Source of the DNA: Actinomycetes bacterium
GTDB taxonomy: Bacteria; Actinomycetota; Actinomycetes; S36-B12; UBA5976
Reading direction: 5' to 3'
Length of the DNA stretch: 64,000 nt
NCBI GenBank assembly: GCA_037131045.1
Contig: JBAXRV010000002.1
Coordinates: forward strand, 6,838 to 70,837
Shown: positions 27,865-36,692 of the stretch, in pieces
Position numbering within the stretch: position 1 is the first letter of the stretch
How the letters are laid out: the number at the start of each line of letters is the position of its first letter
Made by a program: the position numbers and the translations under genes
Notes under the pieces: generated by a model
What the model saw: the letters and a program-made list of their open reading frames with translations, nothing else
Database searches by the model: none
What the model was told of the DNA's origin: nothing

Positions 27865-28580
27865 AGTGGGTCAGTCCAATTCTGGTTTTCAAAAGTGCCT
27901 GACATTGACACTACTTCAAAACGGGCAAAGAGTTCCTCGGCGTACCAACCTGTTTCATGAGTTCTTGAAATCACTTTTTGGTGCGGGCTCTGTCGTGTTG
28001 CAAATTGCGTAATGCTGTCGTTGTCACGCCAGACACTGAACGTGCCTTGCAGTCCTACAGGCGCTTCGCCAATACCGATGCTCATCAGTAACCCGTCAGT
28101 CGAGTTCAGATCTGCACTCACGGCAGGAACACTTCGCCAAAATTCACGCCACCAACGCACTTTGATTGACGCACGAGTAAGTGCCGCCACGCGAGTTTCG
28201 ACCTTTCGTGGCGTGGGATCACCAAACGGTTTCTGCGATGCCCAGGTTCCTTTACTAGAAATCGGTAGCAAAACGATTCGGGCATGCTCTGTGGCAATGG
28301 CGTTCCAGCTTTGCACCACATCGTGAGAAGCAAAATTGTCTGCGGAGTCTTGGGTATTCCACACTGTCAGAATTGCCCAATGATGTAAGTCAGCATCTCG
28401 CATCGTGAACGTGCGACCGGAACCAGTTCCTAACAATTTCCAAAATTTGAGCTCGGGTATGCGTCGCAAATTCATACGATGCAATCCCATTCGGAAGAGC
28501 GCGTTGGGTATTTTGCTCGTTGGCACATGAAAAATATCAAGCGCTACATGATGTGTGCTCATGGCTCTAGTCTGTCTCAC
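27861..28580 (-). CDS. crtA: CrtA-like carotenoid oxygenase (spheroidene monooxygenase family)
   Basis: Blocks FWKLLGTGSGRTFT, WAILTVW, ALTRASIKVRWWREFW, GIGEAPVGLQGTFSVW and WYAEELFARFEVV parallel the Rhodobacter CrtA sequence as I recall it. First gene of the tailoring operon. The start is GTG 28580 or ATG 28562. Confidence 0.7.
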   Translation of the reverse strand: MRQTRAMSTHHVALDIFHVPTSKIPNALFRMGLHRMNLRRIPELKFWKLLGTGSGRTFTMRDADLHHWAILTVWNTQDSADNFASHDVVQSWNAIATEHARIVLLPISSKGTWASQKPFGDPTPRKVETRVAALTRASIKVRWWREFWRSVPAVSADLNSTDGLLMSIGIGEAPVGLQGTFSVWRDNDSITQFATRQSPHQKVISRTHETGWYAEELFARFEVVSMSGTFENQNWTDPL

Positions 28581-28666
28581 TGGCTGTGCACTGTGCAGGA
28601 TGACGCGTTAGGTGTGATCGACAAGGGAAATGAAAGTTACTGCGAACCCGCGCAGAAATAAGGTGG

Positions 28667-29173
28667 CTAGTCGCCTGCAATGACCGCTGTACCTTGAGTG
28701 AGCGAGACTAGGTCTGCAAATGTCGTGCGATAAACAACATGGGTGTGACCTGCGGCAGCCCACACAACGTCGTAGTCAGCCAACGCGACATCAACAAAAG
28801 TGAGCGGCGAATACGGCTGACCATTGTGTATCCACCCAGTTGGGCTGACGCCTCCGATGGCAAAGCCACTCCACTCCCGCACGAAGTCTGCATCGGCGCG
28901 ACCAAATGTGGGAAGCGCCGCCGCCTCTTGAACTAGTGAGGTGTTAACCCGGTGTCGCCCAGATGTCACAACAAGCACAGGAACAATGCCATCGCCCAAG
29001 TCAACTGTGAAAACAATTGACGAGGCGATTTGTCCCACTTCAACGTCGAGTCCGGCAGCGGCCTCAACAGCTGTGCGTGCTGTGTCGCTTAGTGTGCGAA
29101 CCTCAGGATTAATTCCGGCATGCGCAAAGGCTTGCTTTACTCGGGCAACCGAGGCGTGTTCAGTTGTGCTCAT
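28667..29173 (-). CDS. ybaK: YbaK/EbsC-type aminoacyl-tRNA editing domain protein
   Basis: 168 aa. Has SGFAIGGVSPTGW (the GGvsPxG motif) and the overall pattern of the YbaK/ProX deacylase domain. Confidence 0.65.
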   Translation of the reverse strand: MSTTEHASVARVKQAFAHAGINPEVRTLSDTARTAVEAAAGLDVEVGQIASSIVFTVDLGDGIVPVLVVTSGRHRVNTSLVQEAAALPTFGRADADFVREWSGFAIGGVSPTGWIHNGQPYSPLTFVDVALADYDVVWAAAGHTHVVYRTTFADLVSLTQGTAVIAGD

Positions 29174-29179
29174 CAGCGG

Positions 29180-30526
29180 TTAAGCAGTTGCTTCCTTGAA
29201 GGCATGTTCGATAATTGTTAACGCATCATCGAGTAGGTGTTCAGGCATGACGAGTGGTGGCAGGAAGCGCAACACGTTTCCATAAGTTCCTGCTGTAAGT
29301 ACTAAGACACCTTCGGCGTGACACAACTTCGCCACCTTGCTGGTCATGTCTGCATCAGGCTCATCTGTTCCGGGCTTAACAATTTCAACGGCAATCATTG
29401 CACCGCGGCCACGAATGTTTCCTATGACTCCAGCGTCAGCTGCAATTTTTTCAAGACGTGGCAGCATGATGGTTTCGATGTGACGAGCCTTTGCATTTAA
29501 GTCTTCTTGTTCCATAATCGAAATGGACGCTAATGCTGCCGCGCATGCGATTGGATTGCCGCCATAGGTTCCCCCAAGGCCGCCCGCATGAACTGAATCC
29601 ATAATTTCTGCACGACCAGTGACAGCAGCTAGTGGTAAGCCGCCTGCGATGCCCTTAGCGGTAGTAATAAGGTCAGGAACAATTCCTTCGTGTTCGCTGG
29701 CAAACCATTTTCCGGTGCGACAGAATCCCGTCTGCACTTCGTCAGCTACAAAGACGATTCCGTTTGCCTTTGCGAAAGCCGCCAAAGCAGGGATGAAGCC
29801 TTCGGCAGGAACAACGAAACCACCTTCGCCTTGGATCGGTTCAATAACAAGTGCGGCCACATTGCCCGCACCAATTTCTTTTTCGATACGGCTAATTGTT
29901 CGTTGTGCTGCTTCAGGGCCGGTGAGCCCATCGTGGAATGGATAGGACATTGGCAGGCGGTACACCTCAGAGGCAAACGGACCAAAGCCTTGCTTGTAAG
30001 GCATGTTCTTACCAGTCATTGCCATTGTCAGATTTGTACGTCCGTGGTACCCATGTTCAAAAACGACGACTGCTTGACGCTTTGTGTAGGTACGTGCAAT
30101 CTTGACTGCATTCTCGACTGCTTCAGCACCCGTATTAAATAGTGCAGAACGCTTCTCGTGATCGCCTGGGGTCAGACGGTTAAGTGCTTCACATACTTCG
30201 ATGTAGTTCTCGTATTGAGTGACCATAAAGCAGGTGTGAGTGAATTTCTCCACCTGGGCAGTGACCGCGTCGATAACTGCCTGAGCCGCGTTACCAACTG
30301 ATGTGACGGCAATACCTGAACCCATGTCGATCAGTGAGTTACCGTCAATGTCGACAACAACACCTCCGGCAGCGCGATCAATAAAGATAGGTAGGGTAGC
30401 GCCGATACCGTTGCTGATTGCGGCCTTACGACGATCCTGAAGTGCCATGGATTTGGGGCCAGGAATCGCAGTAACAAGGCGTCGTTCCTGTGGCAAGCCG
30501 TTAACAAGATTTTCTGTAGCAGTCAT
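29180..30526 (-). CDS. gabT: 4-aminobutyrate aminotransferase (class III PLP aminotransferase)
   Basis: AIPGPKS...RRKAA N-terminus, FVADEVQTGFCRTGKWFA, TTAKGIAGGLP (PLP lysine). Start set to ATG 30526 (MTATENL...) rather than the ORF-track GTG at 30562. Confidence 0.8.
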   Translation of the reverse strand: MTATENLVNGLPQERRLVTAIPGPKSMALQDRRKAAISNGIGATLPIFIDRAAGGVVVDIDGNSLIDMGSGIAVTSVGNAAQAVIDAVTAQVEKFTHTCFMVTQYENYIEVCEALNRLTPGDHEKRSALFNTGAEAVENAVKIARTYTKRQAVVVFEHGYHGRTNLTMAMTGKNMPYKQGFGPFASEVYRLPMSYPFHDGLTGPEAAQRTISRIEKEIGAGNVAALVIEPIQGEGGFVVPAEGFIPALAAFAKANGIVFVADEVQTGFCRTGKWFASEHEGIVPDLITTAKGIAGGLPLAAVTGRAEIMDSVHAGGLGGTYGGNPIACAAALASISIMEQEDLNAKARHIETIMLPRLEKIAADAGVIGNIRGRGAMIAVEIVKPGTDEPDADMTSKVAKLCHAEGVLVLTAGTYGNVLRFLPPLVMPEHLLDDALTIIEHAFKEATA

Positions 30527-30629
30527 AACCGCAATGTTAGTCCTGCCGTTGGCCTGTGGCACACGTCACCCAACCCGATATCAAGGCGCAATTCGCAGGT
30601 TGGACTCGACTAGGCGTAGCGTATGGCAC

Positions 30630-32072
30630 ATGACAAAAGTGCATCCCTTTTGGGTTTCCGGGCAGGCAGTAACTAGCGACGTCGTGGCTCACGTCACGCA
30701 TCCTGGCGATGGGTCAACCGTTGGTTCTTACTACGTGCCCACTGCGGCTCAGGTTGAGCAGGCTATTGCAGCTGCGGCGGCAGTTCGCTATGAATTTCAG
30801 GCAACAAGCGCAGCGGTGCGTAGTGATGCCCTGATGCACATTTCGCAGCAATTGGCTTCCCGTCAGGAAGAAATTGCTCAGTTGATTACAGCTGAGAACG
30901 GAAAGCCCATTATCTGGGCGCGCAGCGAAGCGTCTCGAGCGATTGCAACATTTCGTTGGGCAGCCGAAGAAGCACGACGGTTTTCTGGTGAAGTGCAGCG
31001 TCTTGATACTGAAGTGTCGGCCACAGGTCGCTATGCGCTTATTCGTCGTTTCCCACATGGTGTTGTGCTTGGGATTTCACCGTTTAATTTCCCGCTGAAT
31101 TTGGTGGCACATAAAGTTGCACCTGCAATCGCAGTCGGTGCGCCAATTATTGTGAAGCCAGCCCCATCGACACCATTGAGTGCTTTACTACTTGGCGAAA
31201 TCATGGCCGAAACTAATTTGCCTGCAGGGTCGTGGTCTGTTCTTCCTGTTGATAATTCTGCTGCACCTGCACTCGTTGCCGACGAGCGACTTCCCGTGAT
31301 CTCGTTTACCGGATCCGACAAGGTTGGTTTCGAAATTCAAAAAGCCGTGCCGCACAAACACATCACTTTGGAATTGGGCGGAAATGCAGCGGCGCTCATT
31401 TTGGATGACTGGTCAAGCGACGCTGACCTCGAATGGGCTGCAACGCGTGTGACACTTTTTGGGACATATCAAGCCGGTCAGTCATGTATTTCGGTGCAGC
31501 GCATTTACGCGCATGAATCGCTGTTTGACAAGTTCGCCGCGAAAGTTATTTCGGCAGCAGAAAAACTCGTTAATGGCGATCCCTTCGACGATAAGACAAT
31601 CGTGGGTCCAATGATTAATGAAGCAGCAGCGATCCGAGTTGAGACTTGGGTCAATGAAGCAGTGGCGGCAGGTGCGAAACTCCTCACTGGAGGAAAGCGC
31701 GACGGTTCCTTCTATGAGCCGACGGTTCTGACCAATGTGCCAAAAGATGCCAAAGTTTCATGCAATGAAATATTTGGTCCGGTCATGATTTTAGATTCGA
31801 TTAGATCAACGCAAGAAGGCTTTGATTTAGTCAATGACTCACCGTTTGGATTACAAGCGGGGGTTTTCACGCACAATATTCAGACGGCATTCCGCGCACA
31901 TCGTGAACTAGAAGTTGGGGGCGTCATTATTGGTGATGTTCCAACTTTCCGATCTGACCAAATGCCATATGGTGGCGTCAAAGCCTCTGGTGTAGGCAAG
32001 GAAGGTTTGCGCTGGGCTATGGAAGACATGACGCATGAACGCATCATGGTCCTGAGTGGTCTTGACCTTTAA
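30630..32072 (+). CDS. NAD(P)-dependent aldehyde dehydrogenase (possible succinate-semialdehyde dehydrogenase)
   Basis: ISFTGS, TLELGGNAA, QAGQSCISVQR (catalytic Cys), EIFGPV. Start set to ATG 30630 (MTKVHPFW...) because the 61-codon ORF-track extension overlaps gabT. A role with gabT is inferred only from divergent adjacency. Confidence 0.85.
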   Translation: MTKVHPFWVSGQAVTSDVVAHVTHPGDGSTVGSYYVPTAAQVEQAIAAAAAVRYEFQATSAAVRSDALMHISQQLASRQEEIAQLITAENGKPIIWARSEASRAIATFRWAAEEARRFSGEVQRLDTEVSATGRYALIRRFPHGVVLGISPFNFPLNLVAHKVAPAIAVGAPIIVKPAPSTPLSALLLGEIMAETNLPAGSWSVLPVDNSAAPALVADERLPVISFTGSDKVGFEIQKAVPHKHITLELGGNAAALILDDWSSDADLEWAATRVTLFGTYQAGQSCISVQRIYAHESLFDKFAAKVISAAEKLVNGDPFDDKTIVGPMINEAAAIRVETWVNEAVAAGAKLLTGGKRDGSFYEPTVLTNVPKDAKVSCNEIFGPVMILDSIRSTQEGFDLVNDSPFGLQAGVFTHNIQTAFRAHRELEVGGVIIGDVPTFRSDQMPYGGVKASGVGKEGLRWAMEDMTHERIMVLSGLDL

Positions 32073-32075
32073 CGC

Positions 32076-33290
32076 ATGAATGCTGCTCGAGTTCGCCGCA
32101 TTGTTGTGCTGGGAAGCACTGGCAGTATTGGTACGCAAGCGTTAGACATTATTCGTGCACATCCAGATCGATTTGTTCTCGTAGGTATTTCGGCTGGCGG
32201 CGGTCACGTTGAATTGTTGGCGGCGCAAGCGATTGAATTTGGTGTCGCACACGTGGCATTGGCACAAGCAACTCAAGCGCAAGACTTGCAGCTTGCCTTG
32301 TACGCCCAAGCAGTGAAGGCTGGCTATTCCGAGGGCAACTATGAATTGCCAAAGCTGCACATTGGACCGATGGCCGCTGCGGAACTTGCCGCATTGGAAT
32401 GCGATGTTGTATTGAATGGCATTGCGGGTGCAGTGGGACTTGAGCCCACGGTTGCTGCGTTGCGTGCCGGTAACACACTTGCACTCGCTAATAAGGAATC
32501 ACTCGTTATTGGCGGGCGAGCAGTTACGAGTCTGGCAAGCGCAGGGCAAATAGTTCCTGTCGACTCGGAACATTCGGCGATTGCTCAAGCCATGCGCAGC
32601 GGAACGCATGCTGAAATTGCACAACTTATATTGACGGCAAGCGGTGGACCGTTTAGAGGCTGGACTCGTGAGCAACTTGCTGGGGTTAGTGCGGAGCAAG
32701 CGTTACATCATCCGACTTGGTCGATGGGTCCTGTTGTCACGATAAATTCGGCAACGTTGATGAATAAAGGTCTCGAAGTGATAGAGGCGCACCTTCTTTT
32801 CAACATTCCGATGGACAACATTGACGTTGTCGTGCACCCACAATCCATTGTGCATTCGATGGTGGAGTTCACTGATGGATCAACAATCGCCCAAGCAAGT
32901 CCACCAGATATGCATTTACCGATTGCTCTGGGATTGGGTTGGCCTGATCGGGTTGCCAGAAGCGTGGCACCCATAACGTGGGATACACCTACGCAATGGA
33001 CTTTTGAACCCGTAGACAGGAAGACGTTTCCGGCACTTGACCTTGCCAAAAAAGCTGGATCCCTGGCTGGTACAGCGCCTGCTGTCTTGAACAGTGCGAA
33101 TGAAGTAGCAGTGTCAGCATTCCTCGAAGGCGCCATCTCGTTTTTAGAGATTGTTGCGCTGGTGGATGAAGTCCTCACAATTCATCTCACAGAAGACTTT
33201 GTCGCAGATGAGCGACTTACTATAGAAGAAGTGCAGGCAGCTCATCGTTGGGCGCAAAGTTACAGCCAGCAACTTATATCGAGGAAGTGA
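32076..33290 (+). CDS. dxr: 1-deoxy-D-xylulose-5-phosphate reductoisomerase
   Basis: VLGSTGSIGTQALD, LANKESLV, PVDSEHSA, HPTWSMG. Confidence 0.9.
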   Translation: MNAARVRRIVVLGSTGSIGTQALDIIRAHPDRFVLVGISAGGGHVELLAAQAIEFGVAHVALAQATQAQDLQLALYAQAVKAGYSEGNYELPKLHIGPMAAAELAALECDVVLNGIAGAVGLEPTVAALRAGNTLALANKESLVIGGRAVTSLASAGQIVPVDSEHSAIAQAMRSGTHAEIAQLILTASGGPFRGWTREQLAGVSAEQALHHPTWSMGPVVTINSATLMNKGLEVIEAHLLFNIPMDNIDVVVHPQSIVHSMVEFTDGSTIAQASPPDMHLPIALGLGWPDRVARSVAPITWDTPTQWTFEPVDRKTFPALDLAKKAGSLAGTAPAVLNSANEVAVSAFLEGAISFLEIVALVDEVLTIHLTEDFVADERLTIEEVQAAHRWAQSYSQQLISRK

Positions 33291-33295
33291 CTCAC

Positions 33296-34576
33296 ATGAT
33301 TGGTGTCATTGGATTTGTCATCGTCATCGTGGGACTCATGCTTTCTATCGCATTGCACGAACTAGGTCATCTATTGCCAGCGAAGAAATTTGGCGTCAGG
33401 GTTCCGCAATACATGGTCGGTTTTGGACCTACTCTGTGGTCGCGTGTGCGTGGCGAAACTGAATATGGTGTGAAGGCGATTCCTCTTGGTGGGTATATCC
33501 GCATGATTGGCATGTATCCACCGCGCGCAGTTGGAAAAGATACCTCTGGCAAGCCGGGTGTGTTCGAAACCTGGATCGAAGATGCCCGCCAGACGTCGTT
33601 AGGTGAGATTCACGAAGGCGAAGAAGCTCGTACGTTTTACAACCTTTCAGTGCCTCGTAAGTTAACTGTGATGTTCGGCGGCCCAGTAACAAATCTGATT
33701 CTGGCTTTCTTTCTCTTTGCGCTGTCCATGTGTGTCATTGGGTCACCAGAGCCAACAACAACTCTGTCGCGGGTTTACGTGTGTGTTCCAACGGATGCAA
33801 ATCCTTCAGGTATTGCATCCGTCGATGGTGGCTGCGGTGACGGTCAAAAGACTGCAGCCGCAATGCTCGGATTACGTGCTGGTGACACCTTGAATTCAGT
33901 TGACGGAAAACAGTTGACACATTGGTTCGATTTAGGAGATGCACTTTCAGGAAAGCAAGGCAACACCGTTGTGGTGTCATTTACTCGTGATGGGGTGACT
34001 CAGCAGAAATCGGTTGTGCTCGGTCAGATTACCGATTCAGAAGGGACACGGGCATTTTTAGGAGTGTCACCTGGCTCAGTCATGATGCGGTCATCACTTG
34101 GTGACGTTGGCCCCTTTATGCAGCGGTATGCCATAGATTCAGTCGCTGCCTTGAAATCTTTCCCAGTGAGTGTTTACCATCTTGCACGCGATTTGTTTAC
34201 GTCTGCTCCACGCGATCCAAATGGACCCATCAGTGTCATTGGAATTGGAAAGATTGGCGGAGAGATTGCCTCGACACCTGACTTATCGTTGTCACTGAAA
34301 TTGTCGTCAAGTTTGAACTTACTGGGATCACTTAATTTGTTTCTATTCCTATTCAATATGGTTCCACTGTTGCCACTTGATGGAGGCCATATTGCAGGAG
34401 CACTCTTTGAAGGTGCACGACGCACCTGGGCCAGAATTCGCCGAGCACCACAGCTGCCAGGTCCAGCGGATACCGCACGTCTGACACCCATTGCTTATGT
34501 TGCGACGTTGGCCCTTTTGACCATGTCGCTGGTTGTCATCCTGGCTGACATCATCAAGCCCATTTCCTTAGGTTAA
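33296..34576 (+). CDS. rseP: M50 site-2 zinc metalloprotease (RseP/Rip1)
   Basis: HELGHLL in the first TM helix, an internal PDZ-like region, C-terminal NMVPLLPLDGGH. Start set to ATG 33296 after GAGGAAG. The ORF-track start overlaps dxr. Confidence 0.85.
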   Translation: MIGVIGFVIVIVGLMLSIALHELGHLLPAKKFGVRVPQYMVGFGPTLWSRVRGETEYGVKAIPLGGYIRMIGMYPPRAVGKDTSGKPGVFETWIEDARQTSLGEIHEGEEARTFYNLSVPRKLTVMFGGPVTNLILAFFLFALSMCVIGSPEPTTTLSRVYVCVPTDANPSGIASVDGGCGDGQKTAAAMLGLRAGDTLNSVDGKQLTHWFDLGDALSGKQGNTVVVSFTRDGVTQQKSVVLGQITDSEGTRAFLGVSPGSVMMRSSLGDVGPFMQRYAIDSVAALKSFPVSVYHLARDLFTSAPRDPNGPISVIGIGKIGGEIASTPDLSLSLKLSSSLNLLGSLNLFLFLFNMVPLLPLDGGHIAGALFEGARRTWARIRRAPQLPGPADTARLTPIAYVATLALLTMSLVVILADIIKPISLG

Positions 34577-34641
34577 GGCGACGTCGTTGCCACAACATAG
34601 GTTGAATGGGCACTTTGTTGGGGTTACGAGATAATAGAAGC

Positions 34642-35796
34642 ATGTCAATCGATCTTGGTTTACCCAGCTTGCCGCCACCGGTGCTAGCCCCGCGGCGATT
34701 GAGTCGACAAATTATTTTGAATCATCACTCACATCCTGTAAAGGTGGGAGGCGACGCTCCCATAAGTGTGCAATCGATGGCGACCACGCTTACAGCAGAT
34801 ATCAATTCGACATTGCAACAGATTGCTGAATTGACAGCTTCTGGTTGCCAAATTGTTCGGGTTGCGGTGCCAAGCCAGGATGACGCAGATGCGTTACCTG
34901 CGATCGCTAAAAAGAGTGGCATTCCGGTTATCGCTGACATTCATTTTCAGCCAAAGTATGTCTTTGCCGCAATTGATGCAGGTGTTGCAGGGGTTCGTGT
35001 CAATCCAGGCAACATCAAGCAATTCGATGACAAAGTCAAAGAGATTGCTCGAGCTGCAGGAGATGCGGGCATTCCGATTCGTATCGGTGTGAATGCGGGC
35101 AGTTTAGATAAACGTCTTTTGGAAAAGTACGGCAAAGCTACACCTGAGGCTCTTGTGGAATCTGCGCTGTGGGAATGTTCATTGTTTGAAGAGCACGGTT
35201 TCCGTGATATCAAAATTTCGGTTAAGCACCACGATCCAGTAATCATGGTGCAGGCCTACCGGTTGTTAGCAGCTCGTTGTGATTACCCACTTCACCTTGG
35301 TGTTACAGAAGCAGGTCCGACATTCCAAGGAACAATCAAATCTGCAGTAGCTTTTGGTTCGCTGCTGTCCGATGGAATTGGCGACACTATTCGCGTGTCG
35401 CTATCTGCGCCACCGGTTGAAGAAGTCAAAGTGGGTAACCAGATTCTCGAGTCTCTTAATTTGCGGCAACGAGGTCTCGAGATTGTCTCGTGTCCATCAT
35501 GTGGTCGCGCTCAAGTTGATGTGTACACACTCGCTGAGCAAGTCACTGCAGGACTCGAGGGCCTAGAGGTTCCATTGCGCGTTGCAGTGATGGGGTGTGT
35601 CGTCAATGGTCCAGGTGAAGCACGCGAAGCAGATCTTGGAGTAGCTAGTGGTAACGGCAAGGGTCAGATTTTCGTTAAGGGCGAAGTGATTAAAACCGTC
35701 CCCGAACATCTCATAGTCGAAACTCTTATTGAAGAGGCAATGAAGCTTGCAGCAGCCATGGAAGAACAGGGCGATCCAATCGTTACTGTGTCGTAG
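34642..35796 (+). CDS. ispG: 4-hydroxy-3-methylbut-2-en-1-yl diphosphate synthase
   Basis: [27 protein letters not shown] ... GCVVNGPGE (Fe-S cysteines). Start set to ATG 34642 ([13 protein letters not shown]...) by analogy with other actinobacterial IspG N-termini. Confidence 0.9.
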   Translation: MSIDLGLPSLPPPVLAPRRLSRQIILNHHSHPVKVGGDAPISVQSMATTLTADINSTLQQIAELTASGCQIVRVAVPSQDDADALPAIAKKSGIPVIADIHFQPKYVFAAIDAGVAGVRVNPGNIKQFDDKVKEIARAAGDAGIPIRIGVNAGSLDKRLLEKYGKATPEALVESALWECSLFEEHGFRDIKISVKHHDPVIMVQAYRLLAARCDYPLHLGVTEAGPTFQGTIKSAVAFGSLLSDGIGDTIRVSLSAPPVEEVKVGNQILESLNLRQRGLEIVSCPSCGRAQVDVYTLAEQVTAGLEGLEVPLRVAVMGCVVNGPGEAREADLGVASGNGKGQIFVKGEVIKTVPEHLIVETLIEEAMKLAAAMEEQGDPIVTVS

Positions 35797-35798
35797 CA

Positions 35799-36638
35799 AT
35801 GACGCACGACGTTCGTACGATTGAGGCCCGTCATTTACCGCAGCTGGTAGACATTATTAAAAGCAACCCAGTGCGTCACTGTTATGTTGCGTCACGAGTG
35901 CTGTCTCAATCAAAATCATTTCTTCGCAGCGCACATAGTGATGTCTACGGCTTCTTTTCTGGAGATGAACTCATCTCTGCAATGTTGGTCGGAGCAAACC
36001 TAGTTCCTATCAATACGACAGCCGAATCTCGTGCCGCATTTGCCAAAGTGCTAGCGCGACAAGGTCGACGTTGCTCATCGATTGTGGGTCCCGACAGTGA
36101 GGTCCTTGATCTATGGTCGACTCTCGAGTCTGCTTGGGGCAAAGCACGTGAAGTGCGCTCACGTCAACCTGTCATGGCGCTATCACAACGCTCCCTAGTC
36201 GCATCGGATGACTTGGTTCGATACGCGCATAAGTCTGATCTCGATGTGTTGCTGCCAGCGTGTATTGACATGTTCACGAATGAAGTGGGAATCTCACCGG
36301 TTGCTTTTGGAACTGGAACGATGTACCGCAATCGGATTGCCGAAATTATCGCGGCGCGACATTCTTTTGTGCGTATCGATGATGGACAGATCATATTTAA
36401 GGCAGAGATTGGGTCCGTTGGGGCAGGGGTAGCCCAGATACAAGGGGTGTGGGTTCACCCCAACTGGCGTGGCAAGGGGCTTTCTGTGCCAGGGATGGCA
36501 GCTGTTACTAAGTACGTTCTTGACGACATAGCTGGCACCGCTTCGCTGTACGTCAACGATTTCAACACTGTGGCAATTGCTGCCTATAAGTCTGTGGGAT
36601 ATGAACAGGTAGACACGTTCGCGACCGTGCTGTTCTAG
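35799..36638 (+). CDS. GNAT family N-acetyltransferase
   Basis: C-terminal half has QIQGVWVHPNWRGKGL (acetyl-CoA binding R-x-x-G-x-G/A). Follows ispG as Rv2867c does in M. tuberculosis, from memory. Confidence 0.6.
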   Translation: MTHDVRTIEARHLPQLVDIIKSNPVRHCYVASRVLSQSKSFLRSAHSDVYGFFSGDELISAMLVGANLVPINTTAESRAAFAKVLARQGRRCSSIVGPDSEVLDLWSTLESAWGKAREVRSRQPVMALSQRSLVASDDLVRYAHKSDLDVLLPACIDMFTNEVGISPVAFGTGTMYRNRIAEIIAARHSFVRIDDGQIIFKAEIGSVGAGVAQIQGVWVHPNWRGKGLSVPGMAAVTKYVLDDIAGTASLYVNDFNTVAIAAYKSVGYEQVDTFATVLF

Positions 36639-36692
36639 TTCGCGGTAGTCCTATCGGTACGATAAAGCCACACCTATCAAGGAGTTTGTCTC

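Noticed and set aside
28640-28655. Hairpin CTGCG-N6-CGCAG downstream of ybaK as a terminator separating it from the carotenoid operon
   Set aside because: It has only a 5-bp stem and an interrupted U tail (UAACUUUCAUUU on the minus-strand RNA). This is too weak to call, so whether ybaK is co-transcribed with the crtA-like operon stays open.
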